DNA from: Pocillopora damicornis
Lineage: Eukaryota
Assembly (NCBI RefSeq): GCF_003704095.1
Contig: NW_020845264.1
Location: 310,001 to 374,000 of the forward strand
Direction: 5' to 3'
Length of the DNA stretch: 64,000 nucleotides
The position numbers were made by a program, and so were the translations under genes. Shown here one piece after another: positions 63,060 through 64,000 of this stretch. Numbering within the stretch: the stretch's first letter is position 1; every line of letters starts with the position of its first letter. Below the pieces are notes generated by a model that was given only the letters and a program-made list of their open reading frames with translations, was not told where the DNA came from and made no database searches.

Positions 63060-63294
63060 NNNNNNNNNNNNNNNNNNNNNNNNNNNNNNNNNNNNNNNNN
63101 NNNNNNNNNNNNNNNNNNNNNNNNNNNNNNNNNNNNNNNNNNNNNNNNNNNNNNNNNNNCACATAACAGGTATCATCGAGAAAATAGAGAGTATGGTATG
63201 TTGCAACTAGTTACGTGTACAGTTGGTTCCATTTCTTTCAATTCCACCTTTAAACGTGCAATTGTAAGATCTTAGGGTATTGTTACACTTAGTA

Positions 63295-64000
63295 TTTACG
63301 TCACAGTCATGTGTTCCGATCATACACTCATCTAGATCTAGAACACGAAAAGGAAAATAATGTAAATGAGACCGTTTCTCTCACTAATCTGAAAAACTGA
63401 CGATAACAGACGGAGTGTGAATATGTCAGAACTAGTTACCTGTACATTTAGTTCCATTTCCTTGAAATCCATCTTTACACGTGCACTTGTAAGATCCCAG
63501 GGTATTGTAACACTCAGCATTCACATCACAACCGTGTGTTCCGTTCAAACACTCATCTATGTCTGAGACAACAAAATGAATACCATTAGGGCATGAAGGT
63601 TATTTCGACTTGCTGTGGTTGCACGAATTTTCGTCTTCACGCGAGCGTTTCCTGTTGTCAGATAAGAATATTTACCAGAACAGTTTGTCTTATTTCCATG
63701 ATATCCTTTCTTGCACCTGCAGCAGTACGATCCAATGGTGTTATTGCATGTCGTATTACCCTCACAGCTATGTTTACCAGACAAGCACTCGTCTATGTCT
63801 ATAAAAGGAAAGAGAAGACGATGGATTTTATCTAAGTTGGTTTCCTTAAAGATTTTCATTTTTTATGTTTTTATCTAGATATGGGGTCACGTCTGATCTT
63901 TGCGTAGACGTTGTACTTAGTTTTGTTGCCTCGTAAGAAAGGAAAATGAGAAATTAAAGTTTGTTCGCGTAGATGGTGGGTAAGAAACCGCGTTAGAGAA
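63295..64000 (-). CDS. Inverted paralogous copy of two cbEGF exons and their introns (matches ~59715-60390)
   Basis: [41 protein letters not shown] and a [37 protein letters not shown] exon on minus; intron similarity too. Confidence 0.75.

Overview
Eukaryotic, intron-rich animal DNA, most likely an anthozoan/stony coral (inferred from the J-domain GW182, the PAN-EGF-WSC gene type and the repeat families). Positions 1-47 kb are a compact cluster of spliced genes: the 5' part of a LOG (Lonely Guy)-family phosphoribohydrolase (-), RNPS1 (-) head-to-head with EEF2KMT/FAM86 (+), TEX2 (-) head-to-head with IRE1/ERN1 (+), and a 21-exon GW182/TNRC6 (-) with an N-terminal Hsp40 J-domain, head-to-head with a small MCRIP/FAM195-like gene (+) that the ORF track misses entirely. 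Positions 48-64 kb are repeat-rich: a satellite, SINEs, a Penelope remnant, two LINE fragments, three N-gaps, inverted duplications, and a modular PAN/EGF/SUEL/WSC extracellular-protein gene with decayed and inverted copies. Several Penelope-type minimal hammerhead ribozyme motifs occur, one in the loop of a perfect 84-bp inverted repeat in an IRE1 intron. Exon boundaries were read by eye and may be off by a few bases; all family calls are from motif recognition, not database searches.
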